Part shown: positions 28,663 to 38,779 of the stretch, one piece after another
Position numbering within the stretch: the first letter of the stretch is position 1
How the letters are laid out: each line of letters begins with the position of its first letter
NCBI GenBank assembly: GCA_000991185.1
Contig: LBRB01000001.1
Span: 4,080-68,079 of the forward strand
From: Berkelbacteria bacterium GW2011_GWA2_35_9
GTDB lineage: Bacteria; Patescibacteriota; UBA1384; GWA2-35-9
Length of the DNA: 64,000 bases
Reading direction: 5' to 3'
Translations under genes and position numbers: made by a program
Notes under the pieces: generated by a model
Told to the model about the DNA's origin: nothing
Databases searched by the model: none
What the model saw: the letters and a program-made list of their open reading frames with translations, nothing else

Positions 28663-29745
28663 ATGAATGATAATAATTTATCGAGAATTTTGGATATTGA
28701 AAACGAATATTCTACCATTGACAAAAGTAATATTTTACAGAATTTACTTGATTTTCCAGATCAACTTAATACCGTTTTTGAAGAAGTAAAAAAACTAACT
28801 ATTCCGTCTAATTACATACAAATCAACAAAGTACTTTTTATTGGCGTTGGTGGATCAGCGGTTGGGGCGGAAATGACCATCGGTTTAGTTAAGGAAAATT
28901 CTCATTTACCGATTGAATTATGTCGTGATTATCAAATTCCAAATTGGGTAGATAAAAATACATTGGTAATTGGATCGTCATATTCAGGCGGAACTGAAGA
29001 GACAGTGACTGCTTTTGAAAATTCAGCACAGAAAGGAGCAAAAATATTCGGTATTACTTCCGGAGGAAAGATCGCTTCGATTTGTCGTAAATACAAAGCT
29101 CCCTATTATGAAATAAATTACGGGAGTGAGCCAAGAATGGCACTGGGTTATTCTTTAGGAGCGCAAATTGCATTACTAAAAAAATTGAAAATATACGATA
29201 TTGAAGATAGTGAAATTGAGAAATCTATTAAAACACTTGATAAATTAATTGAGAAAATCAGTAGTGGAGTTGAGACAAATAATAATTTTGCCAAGCAACT
29301 GGCTAACAATATTTATGGAAAAATACCGGTATTTGTTGGATCATCAACCCTTTCGGCTGTGGCAAAAAGAGCCAAACAGCAGATCAATGAGAATACGAAA
29401 TCAGTCGCTTTATTCGAACCATTACCAGAAATGAATCACAATTTTGTAGTCGGTTTACAATTTCCTGACAATATAAATGAAAAAATATTTATCATCCTTT
29501 TGCAATCTAGCTACGATCATCCAAGAAATAAATTGCGTTATCAAATTTTACAAACTATTTTTGATCAAAAAAATATTGCTTATGAATCGGTTATAATTCA
29601 ACCAACAGTCTCAAGATTTTCGGAATTGATTAGTGTAGTTTCTTATGTTGATTTTGTTTCTTATTACCTGTCTCTTTTATACCAAGTTGACCCAAGTCTA
29701 ACTGAAACAATTGAATATATTAAAGAAAAATTAGCCAAAGAATAA
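28663..29745 (+). CDS. Bifunctional phosphoglucose/phosphomannose isomerase (SIS), copy 2
   Basis: GVGGSA, SYSGGTEET, EPR, QINENTK, PEMNHN. Confidence 0.9.
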   Translation: MNDNNLSRILDIENEYSTIDKSNILQNLLDFPDQLNTVFEEVKKLTIPSNYIQINKVLFIGVGGSAVGAEMTIGLVKENSHLPIELCRDYQIPNWVDKNTLVIGSSYSGGTEETVTAFENSAQKGAKIFGITSGGKIASICRKYKAPYYEINYGSEPRMALGYSLGAQIALLKKLKIYDIEDSEIEKSIKTLDKLIEKISSGVETNNNFAKQLANNIYGKIPVFVGSSTLSAVAKRAKQQINENTKSVALFEPLPEMNHNFVVGLQFPDNINEKIFIILLQSSYDHPRNKLRYQILQTIFDQKNIAYESVIIQPTVSRFSELISVVSYVDFVSYYLSLLYQVDPSLTETIEYIKEKLAKE

Positions 29746-29768
29746 ATTATTTAAAATAAGGAGGGGGG

Positions 29769-30959
29769 TTGTCAAGTCGAATAAAAAACCTATTTCCACG
29801 TGTGATAATTAATTCTCGTTGCGAGAAGACTATTGAAATTGATCTAATTTCTGATAATTGGGAAAAAGTAACTGCTTCAGTGCCGAGCGGAAAATCAAAA
29901 GGTAAAAAAGAGATTGTGGAAGTAAAAGCAGACAAAGCTGTTAATCTAATTGAAAATAAAATATTTTCCAAAATTAAGGGTTTTGAACTCTGCCAACAAA
30001 TTAAATTTGATCAATTGCTTAACGAATACGGCGATAATGTTGGTTCTAATACTAAATTAGTTTTATCAATTGCTTATTTAAAATTAAGTAGTCTTAGTCT
30101 TTCACTTGAGAACTACGCCTATATTCGTCACTATTTGACTAAGATTCATAAATCTTTTTATCACTTCCCTACTCCATATTTTAATATGGTTAATGGTGGA
30201 GTCCACGCTAATAATAATCTTGGTTTTCAAGAATTTTTAGTTATTCCTAAATTAAAAGCTAGTTTTAAGGAAAATTATTGGTCAGCGGTTGAAATTTATC
30301 AAAGTCTAAAATTGGTTTTAATCAAAAGTGGGTTGGGTACAACCATTGCTGATGAAGGTGGTTATTCATTTGATTTAAAAGATGATACTAAAGTTTTTGA
30401 CTTATTAAAAATTGCGTGTACAGAAAAATCACTAGTTCCTGGAAAAGAGATTTTTTTCGGCATTGATGCCAGCGCTGACAATTTACATAAATCGGCTGAT
30501 AATTTGACTTCTACATATGAAAAAATTATGGCTAATTATCCACTTGTTTATCTAGAAGATCCATATTCGGAAAACGATTTCAAGTATTGGCTAGCTATTA
30601 TGTCAAAAAAGAATCACAATTTTCTTATCGTTGGCGATGACTTGACGGTTACTAATAGTCAATATATTAACCAGTATGCCCAACAAAAACTGATCAATGG
30701 AGTAATTATTAAACCAAATCAAATTGGGACAATTACCCAGACATTGGAAGCGATTGAAACAGCTAAAAAAAATCATTTAAAAATTATTGTTTCTCATCGA
30801 AGCGGAGAAACTAATGATGATTTTATCGCTGATTTTGCACTAGCAGTTGAGGCAGATGGAGTCAAATTTGGTGCCCCAGCAAGGGGTGAAAGAGTCGCTA
30901 AATACAATCGATTATTAAAAATAGAAGATAATTTGATCAATCAAACAAATAATAACTAA
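29769..30959 (+). CDS. eno: Enolase
   Basis: VPSG, NGGVHA, QEF, DEGG, LEDP, VGDDL, KPNQIGT, SHRSGET, RGERVAKYN; TTG start with AGGAGG SD. Confidence 0.93.
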   Translation: MSSRIKNLFPRVIINSRCEKTIEIDLISDNWEKVTASVPSGKSKGKKEIVEVKADKAVNLIENKIFSKIKGFELCQQIKFDQLLNEYGDNVGSNTKLVLSIAYLKLSSLSLSLENYAYIRHYLTKIHKSFYHFPTPYFNMVNGGVHANNNLGFQEFLVIPKLKASFKENYWSAVEIYQSLKLVLIKSGLGTTIADEGGYSFDLKDDTKVFDLLKIACTEKSLVPGKEIFFGIDASADNLHKSADNLTSTYEKIMANYPLVYLEDPYSENDFKYWLAIMSKKNHNFLIVGDDLTVTNSQYINQYAQQKLINGVIIKPNQIGTITQTLEAIETAKKNHLKIIVSHRSGETNDDFIADFALAVEADGVKFGAPARGERVAKYNRLLKIEDNLINQTNNN

Positions 30960-30964
30960 ATATT

Positions 30965-32545
30965 ATGAAAAAAACAGCTTTAATAATTTTAGATGGTTTA
31001 GGAATATCACCGGATAAAAAAGGTAATGCCTTTTTAAATGCAAAAACACCCGGATTAAATTTTATGCTTAAAAATTGTCCATCAACTTTACTCCAAGCCA
31101 GTGGAGAATCGGTTGGGTTACCTTGGGGAGAGATGGGAAATAGTGAAGTCGGTCATACGAACTTAGGTACCGGAAGAGTGGTTTTACAGGATTATCCATT
31201 AATATCAAAAAGTATTGAAAATGGTTCATTCTACGAAAAGATTGTTTTAAAAGATATGGTTAATTATGTTAAAAAAAATAAGAGTAACTTACATATACTT
31301 GGTATCGGTAGTGACGGAGGTGTTCATGGTCATATCGATCACATACTCGCCGGATTAGAACTAGCTAAACGAAATAATTTAAAAAATGTCTATATTCATA
31401 TTTTTTCCGACGGAAGAGATAGCTCGCCTAAAGCGTTGAAAAAATTTTTAGACAAGATAAATAATGCTTGTCAAACGCTCGGGGTTGGTAAAATTGCTAC
31501 GGTAGTTGGGCGTTATTACGCAATGGATAGAGATAAAAATTGGGATAGAACTAAAATCGCTTACGACTTAATTACTCGATTAGACGGTAATAAGTATCCT
31601 GATTATTTAACAGCAATTGATAGTCAATACCGTAAACGAAAATCGGACGAATTTTTAGAGCCGTGTGTTTTAGAAGGAGCTGAAGCGGTTAAAAACAATG
31701 ATGCGATTTTTATGACTAATTTTCGTTGCGATCGGGCTATTCAGTTAGCCAAAGCTTTTACGGACGACAATTTTATTGGTTTCAAAAGAGTCAAAATTTC
31801 AAATCTATATTTCGCAGGAATGGTATTGTATCAGGAAAATTTAAAAATTAATCCAATATTTTCTCCGGTTGATCTTAATAATCCAGCCACAAATTCTTTA
31901 GCTAATCCATTGGGAAAAATAATTAGCGAACATCGTTTATCTCAAGCTCGAATTTCAGAAACTGAAAAATTTGCCCATGTGACATATTTTTTTAATGCGG
32001 GAGAAAAAAAACCATTTAGAGGCGAAAAGCAAATATTGGTGCCGTCACTTAAAATTTCTAGTTATGATAAAAAACCCGAAATGTCAATTACTGGAGTGGT
32101 TACAAAAATTTTAGCTGAGGTAGCTAGTGAAAAAGATTTTATATTAATAAATTTTGCTAATCCTGATATGGTCGGTCACAGTGGAAACCTGAATGCTGCA
32201 ATTCAGGCTGTTGAGTATGTTGATGAAGCGCTAATAAAAGTTGTTAATGTTATGTTAGCCAGAGATTATTTTGTGATGATTACTGCCGATCATGGTAATT
32301 GTGAAGAAATGATTAATGCTAAAACTGGCGAGATCGATAAAGAACATTCAGTTAGTCCGGTGCCTTTTATTTTAGTTGATCAAATTAAACAGATCGAGCT
32401 AGAAGAATCAAACAGCAGTTTAATTAAATTGACTAAACGGCAACCAATCGGTTTATTGGCGGATATTGCGCCAACGATTTTAGAAATATTAGAGATAAAA
32501 AAACCGGTTGAAATGACTGGTCAGTCTTTAATCGGCATGATCTAA
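30965..32545 (+). CDS. gpmI: 2,3-bisphosphoglycerate-independent phosphoglycerate mutase, copy 1
   Basis: ILDG, MGNSEVGH, DGRD, GRYYAMDRD, NPDMVGH, TADHGN. Confidence 0.95.
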   Translation: MKKTALIILDGLGISPDKKGNAFLNAKTPGLNFMLKNCPSTLLQASGESVGLPWGEMGNSEVGHTNLGTGRVVLQDYPLISKSIENGSFYEKIVLKDMVNYVKKNKSNLHILGIGSDGGVHGHIDHILAGLELAKRNNLKNVYIHIFSDGRDSSPKALKKFLDKINNACQTLGVGKIATVVGRYYAMDRDKNWDRTKIAYDLITRLDGNKYPDYLTAIDSQYRKRKSDEFLEPCVLEGAEAVKNNDAIFMTNFRCDRAIQLAKAFTDDNFIGFKRVKISNLYFAGMVLYQENLKINPIFSPVDLNNPATNSLANPLGKIISEHRLSQARISETEKFAHVTYFFNAGEKKPFRGEKQILVPSLKISSYDKKPEMSITGVVTKILAEVASEKDFILINFANPDMVGHSGNLNAAIQAVEYVDEALIKVVNVMLARDYFVMITADHGNCEEMINAKTGEIDKEHSVSPVPFILVDQIKQIELEESNSSLIKLTKRQPIGLLADIAPTILEILEIKKPVEMTGQSLIGMI

Positions 32546-32546
32546 A

Positions 32547-34067
32547 ATGAAAAATGTTTTATTAATTGTTTTAGATGGTTGGGGCATTGCACCGTATTGG
32601 GGTGGTAATGTTTTTGCAGTTGCAAAAACACCTGTATACACTAATTTTTTAAATAATTATCCAAATTCAAAGCTTCATGCTCATGGATCGTATGTCGGTT
32701 TGCCCGGCAATGAAATGGGAAATAGTGAAGTTGGTCATTTGAATATTGGGGCTGGACGAATTGTTAAACAGGATAGTTCTATTATAAATCAAGCGATTAG
32801 CGATGGAACTTTATTTACTAATCAAATATTTTTAGAATCAATTGAAAAAAGCCAAAAAAATAATCGCCCAATTCAAGTCATGGGTTTACTTTCGAACGGA
32901 ATGGTTCACTCTTCATTTGATCATCTAATGGCATTGATTGATTTGTTCCAAAAACATAATTTTAAAAATGTTTTTTATCATATTTTCACAGATGGTCGTG
33001 ACAGTCCGCCACAGAGTGGCATTATATTTTTAAAAAAATTGATTGAGAAAATAAACCAAACTGGAGTTGGAAAAATTGCGACATTATCTGGTCGTTTTTA
33101 CGCTATGGATAGAGATAAAAATTATTCAAGAACAACATTATCGGCGGATGCGATTTGTCGTGGAGTCGGACAGCACATTTACAATCCAATCAAAGCATTG
33201 TCTGATTGTTACGCAAAAGGCTTAACCGATGAATTTATTCCCCCTTTGGTTTTAGTTGATAGTGACAATCTAGCAGTTTTTGATATTCGGGAAAATGACG
33301 ATATTATTTTTTATAATTTTAGGCAAGATCGGGCTCGGCAAATAATTGAAAAAATTTGTACATATTATCCATCAATAAAAATAATTGGTTTTATTCCCTA
33401 CGGAATCGAAGATAATAAAAATTTAAAAAATAATTTGCGATCGGCTTTTTCGCCGTCTAAGCCAATCAATCATTTAACTGAATTTTTGTCCTTTAATAAT
33501 TTAAAACAATTGAAAATTGCTGAAACGGAAAAATTTAATCATATTACTTATTTTTTTAATGGTTTAAACACAAAAAATTTTCAGCTGGAGGATCGAATAT
33601 TAATTAATTCAAAAAAAGTTTCTAATTATCGTCTTTTGCCAGAAATGTCAGCCAAAGAAATTACTCAAAAAACGATTCGAGCGTTAGCCAAACAAGATTA
33701 TTATTTTATCTTGGTCAATTATGCCAATGCCGATATGGTTGGACATACCGGTGATCGTTTAGCGGGGAAAATTGCGGTTGAAACAATTGATGAACAACTT
33801 TCAATTTTGGTAGATACTGCGATACAGAATAATTATTCTGTCGTTATTACTGCTGATCATGGCAATATTGAGGAAATGCTAAATCCACAAACAGGCGAAC
33901 TTCAAACTTCACACAGTAAAAATGAAGTTCCGTTGATTATTATTGACAATCAACTCAGAGGAAAAATTACACTCAATAATGGGATATTGGCTGATGTTGC
34001 ACCAACAATTTTAAAAATAATGGATTTAAAAAAACCAGCTGAAATGACAGGCAAAGAATTATTTTAA
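32547..34067 (+). CDS. gpmI: 2,3-bisphosphoglycerate-independent phosphoglycerate mutase, copy 2
   Basis: VLDGWG, MGNSEVGH, DGRD, GRFYAMDRD, NADMVGHTG, TADHGN. Confidence 0.95.
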   Translation: MKNVLLIVLDGWGIAPYWGGNVFAVAKTPVYTNFLNNYPNSKLHAHGSYVGLPGNEMGNSEVGHLNIGAGRIVKQDSSIINQAISDGTLFTNQIFLESIEKSQKNNRPIQVMGLLSNGMVHSSFDHLMALIDLFQKHNFKNVFYHIFTDGRDSPPQSGIIFLKKLIEKINQTGVGKIATLSGRFYAMDRDKNYSRTTLSADAICRGVGQHIYNPIKALSDCYAKGLTDEFIPPLVLVDSDNLAVFDIRENDDIIFYNFRQDRARQIIEKICTYYPSIKIIGFIPYGIEDNKNLKNNLRSAFSPSKPINHLTEFLSFNNLKQLKIAETEKFNHITYFFNGLNTKNFQLEDRILINSKKVSNYRLLPEMSAKEITQKTIRALAKQDYYFILVNYANADMVGHTGDRLAGKIAVETIDEQLSILVDTAIQNNYSVVITADHGNIEEMLNPQTGELQTSHSKNEVPLIIIDNQLRGKITLNNGILADVAPTILKIMDLKKPAEMTGKELF

Positions 34068-34073
34068 AATATT

Positions 34074-35387
34074 ATGATTCCAAAAGAAGTTATTAAAATT
34101 ATTAAAAAACTGCAGGCTAATGGTTTCATTGGTTTAATTGCTGGTGGCGCCGTGCGTGATTTGGTACTGGGTCGTGAAATTAATGATTATGATATTGTGT
34201 CAAACGCAGAGTATCACGATTTAATTAAAATATTTTCTAAAGTAGTTCCATACGCACTTGAATATGGCGTAAGTTTGATAATTGAAAATAATAAAAGTTA
34301 TGAAATTACTTTATTTAGAAAAGACTTTGAGTATAGTGATGGGCGAAGACCCAAATATATTGAAAAAAGTACCCCTAAGGAAGATGCGATGCGCCGGGAT
34401 TTTACAATCAATGCGCTTTATTACGATCCGATAGGAAAAAAAATTATTGATTATATCGGTGGAAAAAAAGATCTGGAAGATAAATTGATTCGTTTTGTTG
34501 GTATTCCGACAGAAAGAATTAACGAGGATAATTTACGGTTATTAAGAGCGATTCGGATTAAAAATCAACTTAATTTTAGTTATGAAAATGAGACTTTAAA
34601 AGCAATTATTGACCATTCAGATTTAATAAAAAAAGTTTCAAATGCAAGAGTTGGACAGGAAATGGCAAAAATTTTGTTGTCGAAAAATCGTAGTCAAGCA
34701 ATTAAAGAATTATCGAGTTTTGGAATATTAAAATATATTATGCCTGAGATTACTCGTTTAAAAGGGTTAAAACAACCAGATATTTTTCATCAAGAAGGAG
34801 ATGTGCTAACTCATACATTTTTAGCCTTATCTCAAATAGATGATTACGAAAATTTATATGTAATTTTAGCGACACTTTTTCATGACAGTGGCAAATTAGA
34901 AGCTATTACCTATCCACGCAACGAAAATGATAGGATTCGTTTTAATGATCATGCTTATTATTCAGCTAGTATTGCTAATCAAGTTATGACTCGCTTTAAT
35001 TATTCAAAAGTTATTCGACAATCAACGATTTGGTTGATAAAAAATCATATGAGTTGGTTTCAGATTTTCGAAATGTCACAAGCTAAAAAACAAAAAATGT
35101 TCAATCATCCACTTTTCTCAGATTTAATTAAATTAGCCTATTACGATGCAATGGGAACTTATCCGCAAAACATAGATCATGTAGTTGAATTACAACAACT
35201 TTATCAAAAAGAGTATCGACCTTTACCAAAAAAATTATTAACTGGCAAAGATTTAGTTGAGCTTGGAATTGACAAAAAAATGATTGGAAAGGTTTTAGAA
35301 AAAATTTATAATTTACAGATTAATGGCAAGATCCGTTCTAAGAAAGAAGCGTTGAAAAAAGTCAGTCAGTTATTGATAAACAGGTAA
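34074..35387 (+). CDS. cca: CCA-adding tRNA nucleotidyltransferase with HD domain
   Basis: AGGAVRD, DYDI, RRDFTINAL, EDNLRLLRAIR, H.EGDV..HT, FHDSGK. Confidence 0.9.
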   Translation: MIPKEVIKIIKKLQANGFIGLIAGGAVRDLVLGREINDYDIVSNAEYHDLIKIFSKVVPYALEYGVSLIIENNKSYEITLFRKDFEYSDGRRPKYIEKSTPKEDAMRRDFTINALYYDPIGKKIIDYIGGKKDLEDKLIRFVGIPTERINEDNLRLLRAIRIKNQLNFSYENETLKAIIDHSDLIKKVSNARVGQEMAKILLSKNRSQAIKELSSFGILKYIMPEITRLKGLKQPDIFHQEGDVLTHTFLALSQIDDYENLYVILATLFHDSGKLEAITYPRNENDRIRFNDHAYYSASIANQVMTRFNYSKVIRQSTIWLIKNHMSWFQIFEMSQAKKQKMFNHPLFSDLIKLAYYDAMGTYPQNIDHVVELQQLYQKEYRPLPKKLLTGKDLVELGIDKKMIGKVLEKIYNLQINGKIRSKKEALKKVSQLLINR

Positions 35388-35413
35388 TAAATTGGTAGAA
35401 TTAATTATCCATA

Positions 35414-35488
35414 GGGCTCGTAGCTTAGCGGTAGAGTGCTTGCATGGCATGCAAGAGGTCGGGAGTTCGATCCTCCCCGAGTCCACCA
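35414..35488 (+). tRNA. tRNA-Ala(GGC)
   Basis: Cloverleaf with cttgc/gcaag anticodon stem, loop atGGCat, G3-U70 pair, GTTCGA T-loop, encoded CCA. Confidence 0.96.
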
Positions 35489-35514
35489 ACTCGTAACAAA
35501 TATAATAAATTTAT

Positions 35515-35679
35515 ATGATACAACTTCGAAAAAATCGGGATAAATGTCCAAAGTGCAAAGGAATTTTGATAAAACAAATTGAAAATCGTCAGTCTTTTGG
35601 ACAAACTCTAAATCCGACTTTTCGCTGTAGTGCCTGTGGACGGAATTATGAACTAAAAGTTAGGAATAATAAAATATGA
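35515..35679 (+). CDS. 54-aa zinc-ribbon protein (not in ORF track)
   Basis: MIQLRKNRDKCPKCKG...FRCSACGRNYELK; two CxxC motifs. Confidence 0.6.
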   Translation: MIQLRKNRDKCPKCKGILIKQIENRQSFGQTLNPTFRCSACGRNYELKVRNNKI

Positions 35680-35731
35680 TGTACGATTAGTAGTTATTTA
35701 CTAATTGATCTAAAAGAGATAAAATAGTCCT

Positions 35732-38104
35732 ATGAGTAAGGTTTATAATCATAAAGCGATTGAAGAAAAATGGCAAAAAGTTTGGGATGAAAAAAAAGTT
35801 TACCAAACTGATACCGATCTAAGTAAAAAAAAGAAATATATTCTCGATATGTTTCCTTACCCTTCGGGCGCTGGCTTACATGTTGGTCATCCTTTAGGTT
35901 ATATTGCATCCGATATTGTTAGTCGATACTATAAAATGAATGATTATCGAGTACTCCATCCAATGGGTTGGGATGCTTTTGGATTGCCAGCTGAAAATTA
36001 TGCCATTAAATCAGGAATTCATCCAGACAAATCAACTAAATCAAACATTGAAACTTTTAAACGACAATTAAAAAGCTTAGGTTTAAGTTACGATTGGTCA
36101 AGGGAAATTAATACTTCAGATTCGGAATATTATAAATGGACACAATGGATATTTCTAAAGTTATTTGAAAAAGGCTTAGCCTATAAAAAGAAAGCGCCAG
36201 TCAATTGGTGTAGTTCATGCCAAACAGTTTTAGCCAATGAGCAGGTTATAGATGGAAAGTGTGAACGGTGTAAAAACGGTGTAATTCAAAAAGAGTTAGA
36301 ACAATGGTTTTTCAAGATTACTGAATATGCTGAGGAATTGTTAGCTGATATTGATAAACTAGATTGGAGCGAAGCAATTAAAACGATGCAGAGAAACTGG
36401 ATTGGAAAGTCGGAAGGAGCAAAAATTAAGTTCACAGTTCACAGTTCACAGTTCACAGATGATTCAATCGAAGTGTTTACGACGAGACCGGATACATTAT
36501 TCGGAGCAACATATATAGTATTAGCTCCCGAAAATGAGCTAATACAAAAATTTAAAATTCAAATTACAAACTTCAAAGAAATTGAAAATTACATTAAAGA
36601 AAGTAAGAAGAAAACGGATTTGCAAAGAACAGATTTATCAAAAGAAAAAACTGGTATTGAATTAAAAGGGATTAGAGCGATTAATCCAGTCAATAAAAAA
36701 GAAATTCCAATATGGATTGCAGATTATGTATTAAACAATTATGGTACAGGTGCAATTATGGCAGTGCCAGCGCATGATGAAAGGGACTTTGAATTTGCCA
36801 ACAAATTCAATCTTGAAAATATTAGAGTTATTGAGGGAGGTGAATTGCCATACATTGGAAATGGCAAAATGATTAACTCAGACAAATTTAATGGTCAACA
36901 GTCAAATAATATTATTAATGAAATTACTCAATTAGCAAGAGGAGAATTAACCACTCAATACAAACTTCGAGATTGGTTAATATCAAGGCAGCGTTATTGG
37001 GGAGCACCGATACCGATTATTTATTGCGATAAGTGCGGAATGCAACCGGTGCCGGAAGATCAATTGCCAGTTGAGCTATCAACCGATGTAGATTTCAAGC
37101 CGACCGGTGAATCACCGCTAGAAAGTTCTAAATCATTTCATAATGTGAAATGTCCAAACTGTCACTCCCCCGCTCGTCGAGAATCGGATACGATGGATAC
37201 TTTTGTCGATTCGAGCTGGTACTACCTCGCATACACTATCAATAAAAATTCGAAATTCGAAATTAGAAATTCGAAACTAATTGAAGATTGGATGCCAGTT
37301 GATATTTATGTTGGAGGGGCTGAACATGCAGTGATGCATCTTTTATACGCTCGTTTTATCACCAAAGCTTTACGAGATATGAAAGTTTTGAATATTGATG
37401 AGCCATTTTCATCTTTAAAAAATCAAGGGACGATTTTGGCAGAAGATGGCAGAAAAATGAGTAAATCATTTAATAATGTAATAAATCCTGATGATATTGT
37501 TGATGTTTACGGAGCTGATACATTCAGATTATACGAAATGTTTATGGGTCCTTTTTCTGACACTAAGCCATGGTCAACAAAAAATATTGCCGGTGTTAAT
37601 CGATTTATTAAAAAATTATTCAATATTGAATATAAAAATGACGATACGACTAATGAACATACCAAAACCAAAATAGAACAGTTGAAAAAAAGTGTTTCTG
37701 ATGATATACTTAGTTTTTCGTTCAATACAGCAATTGCTAAAATGATGAGTTTTGTTAAAGATAAAAATCTGTATCTAAATAAAAAAATCTGGCAAGAATT
37801 TTTAATTATTTTATCTCCATTTGTGCCCTATGCTTCACAGGAATTGTGGACAAAAACTGGTAAAAAAGGATTAATTGTTAATGAGCAATGGGTTAAAGTT
37901 GACAAGTCAAAACTGGATGATCAGGTTAAAGATTTTATGATTATTATTGGAGGAAAAAAACTAGGTAGTATTAAATTGATGACTAATATGTCAGAGCATG
38001 AAATAATCGAACAAATATCAAAAGATAAAATCATTTGTGATAAATTAAATAATAAAAAAATAAAAAATATAAAAATTCATGAGAATGTTATAATACTTAT
38101 GTAG
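35732..38104 (+). CDS. leuS: Leucine--tRNA ligase
   Basis: MFPYPSGAGLHVGH, FTTRPDT, GTGAIMAVPAHD, RDWLISRQRYWG, KMSKS. Confidence 0.98.
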   Translation: MSKVYNHKAIEEKWQKVWDEKKVYQTDTDLSKKKKYILDMFPYPSGAGLHVGHPLGYIASDIVSRYYKMNDYRVLHPMGWDAFGLPAENYAIKSGIHPDKSTKSNIETFKRQLKSLGLSYDWSREINTSDSEYYKWTQWIFLKLFEKGLAYKKKAPVNWCSSCQTVLANEQVIDGKCERCKNGVIQKELEQWFFKITEYAEELLADIDKLDWSEAIKTMQRNWIGKSEGAKIKFTVHSSQFTDDSIEVFTTRPDTLFGATYIVLAPENELIQKFKIQITNFKEIENYIKESKKKTDLQRTDLSKEKTGIELKGIRAINPVNKKEIPIWIADYVLNNYGTGAIMAVPAHDERDFEFANKFNLENIRVIEGGELPYIGNGKMINSDKFNGQQSNNIINEITQLARGELTTQYKLRDWLISRQRYWGAPIPIIYCDKCGMQPVPEDQLPVELSTDVDFKPTGESPLESSKSFHNVKCPNCHSPARRESDTMDTFVDSSWYYLAYTINKNSKFEIRNSKLIEDWMPVDIYVGGAEHAVMHLLYARFITKALRDMKVLNIDEPFSSLKNQGTILAEDGRKMSKSFNNVINPDDIVDVYGADTFRLYEMFMGPFSDTKPWSTKNIAGVNRFIKKLFNIEYKNDDTTNEHTKTKIEQLKKSVSDDILSFSFNTAIAKMMSFVKDKNLYLNKKIWQEFLIILSPFVPYASQELWTKTGKKGLIVNEQWVKVDKSKLDDQVKDFMIIIGGKKLGSIKLMTNMSEHEIIEQISKDKIICDKLNNKKIKNIKIHENVIILM
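36429..36456 (+). repeat. Perfect (AGTTCAC)x4 inside leuS
   Basis: Four exact 7-mers, translated KFTVHSSQFT. Confidence 0.92.
36547..36574 (+). repeat. Degenerate heptamer array inside leuS
   Basis: aaaattt aaaattc aaattac aaacttc (KFKIQITNFK). Confidence 0.55.
37246..37273 (+). repeat. (AAATTCG)x4 inside leuS
   Basis: aaattcg aaattcg aaattag aaattcg (NSKFEIRNSK). Confidence 0.9.
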
Positions 38105-38137
38105 CATAATCTGTGATAAAATTAATAAAGGAATAAT

Positions 38138-38314
38138 ATGGCAGAACCAAAAAAACAAAGAAGTCGTTCAAGGAGTAGAAAAGCGAAAAACAACCTTGGT
38201 TGGAAAGCACCGTCAATAGCACGATGCATAGAATGTAATACGGTCAAGCGACCACATCAGGTTTGTATGAATTGTGGGGAGTATCGAAAAAATAAAATAA
38301 TTTCAACCAAATAA
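38138..38314 (+). CDS. rpmF: 50S ribosomal protein L32 (not in ORF track)
   Basis: MAEPKKQRSRSRS..CIEC..KRPHQVCMNCGEY; upstream of nusB-rnc. Confidence 0.92.
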   Translation: MAEPKKQRSRSRSRKAKNNLGWKAPSIARCIECNTVKRPHQVCMNCGEYRKNKIISTK

Positions 38315-38317
38315 AAT

Positions 38318-38779
38318 ATGTCAGTCAATCGACACTTAACTCGAATTTTAATGTTTCAAACTCTATTCGAGTGGGATTTTCGTGATAATGTAGATTTTAA
38401 TAAAATTAGAGATAGAAATTTTGCTATTTATAAAGATGATGTTGATATTGAATACGGAAAAAATACTTTAAAAGAAATCGTTACTAAAATTAAAGATTTG
38501 GATGAAAAAATAGTTTCAGTAGCGCCAGACTTCCCGATTGAAAAAGTGGCGAATATTGATAAAGCAATATTAAGATTGTCTATTTACGAATTGCTTTATA
38601 GTCAAGAAATTCCGCCAAAGGTTGCAATCAACGAAGCAGTTGAGTTAGCAAAAACATTTGGAGGTGACAATACTTACAAATTTGTGAATGGAGTGTTGGG
38701 CACCGTTTATAGACAAAGTGAAAAATATAATGAAGATGAAGCTAAAGAATTAAATTTAACACCAATTGAAGAGTTATGA
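38318..38779 (+). CDS. nusB: Transcription antitermination factor NusB
   Basis: [34 protein letters not shown]. Confidence 0.96.
   Translation: MSVNRHLTRILMFQTLFEWDFRDNVDFNKIRDRNFAIYKDDVDIEYGKNTLKEIVTKIKDLDEKIVSVAPDFPIEKVANIDKAILRLSIYELLYSQEIPPKVAINEAVELAKTFGGDNTYKFVNGVLGTVYRQSEKYNEDEAKELNLTPIEEL

Noticed and set aside
35414-35730. Prophage or island integrated at tRNA-Ala
   Set aside because: No integrase and no duplicated tRNA 3' end in the window
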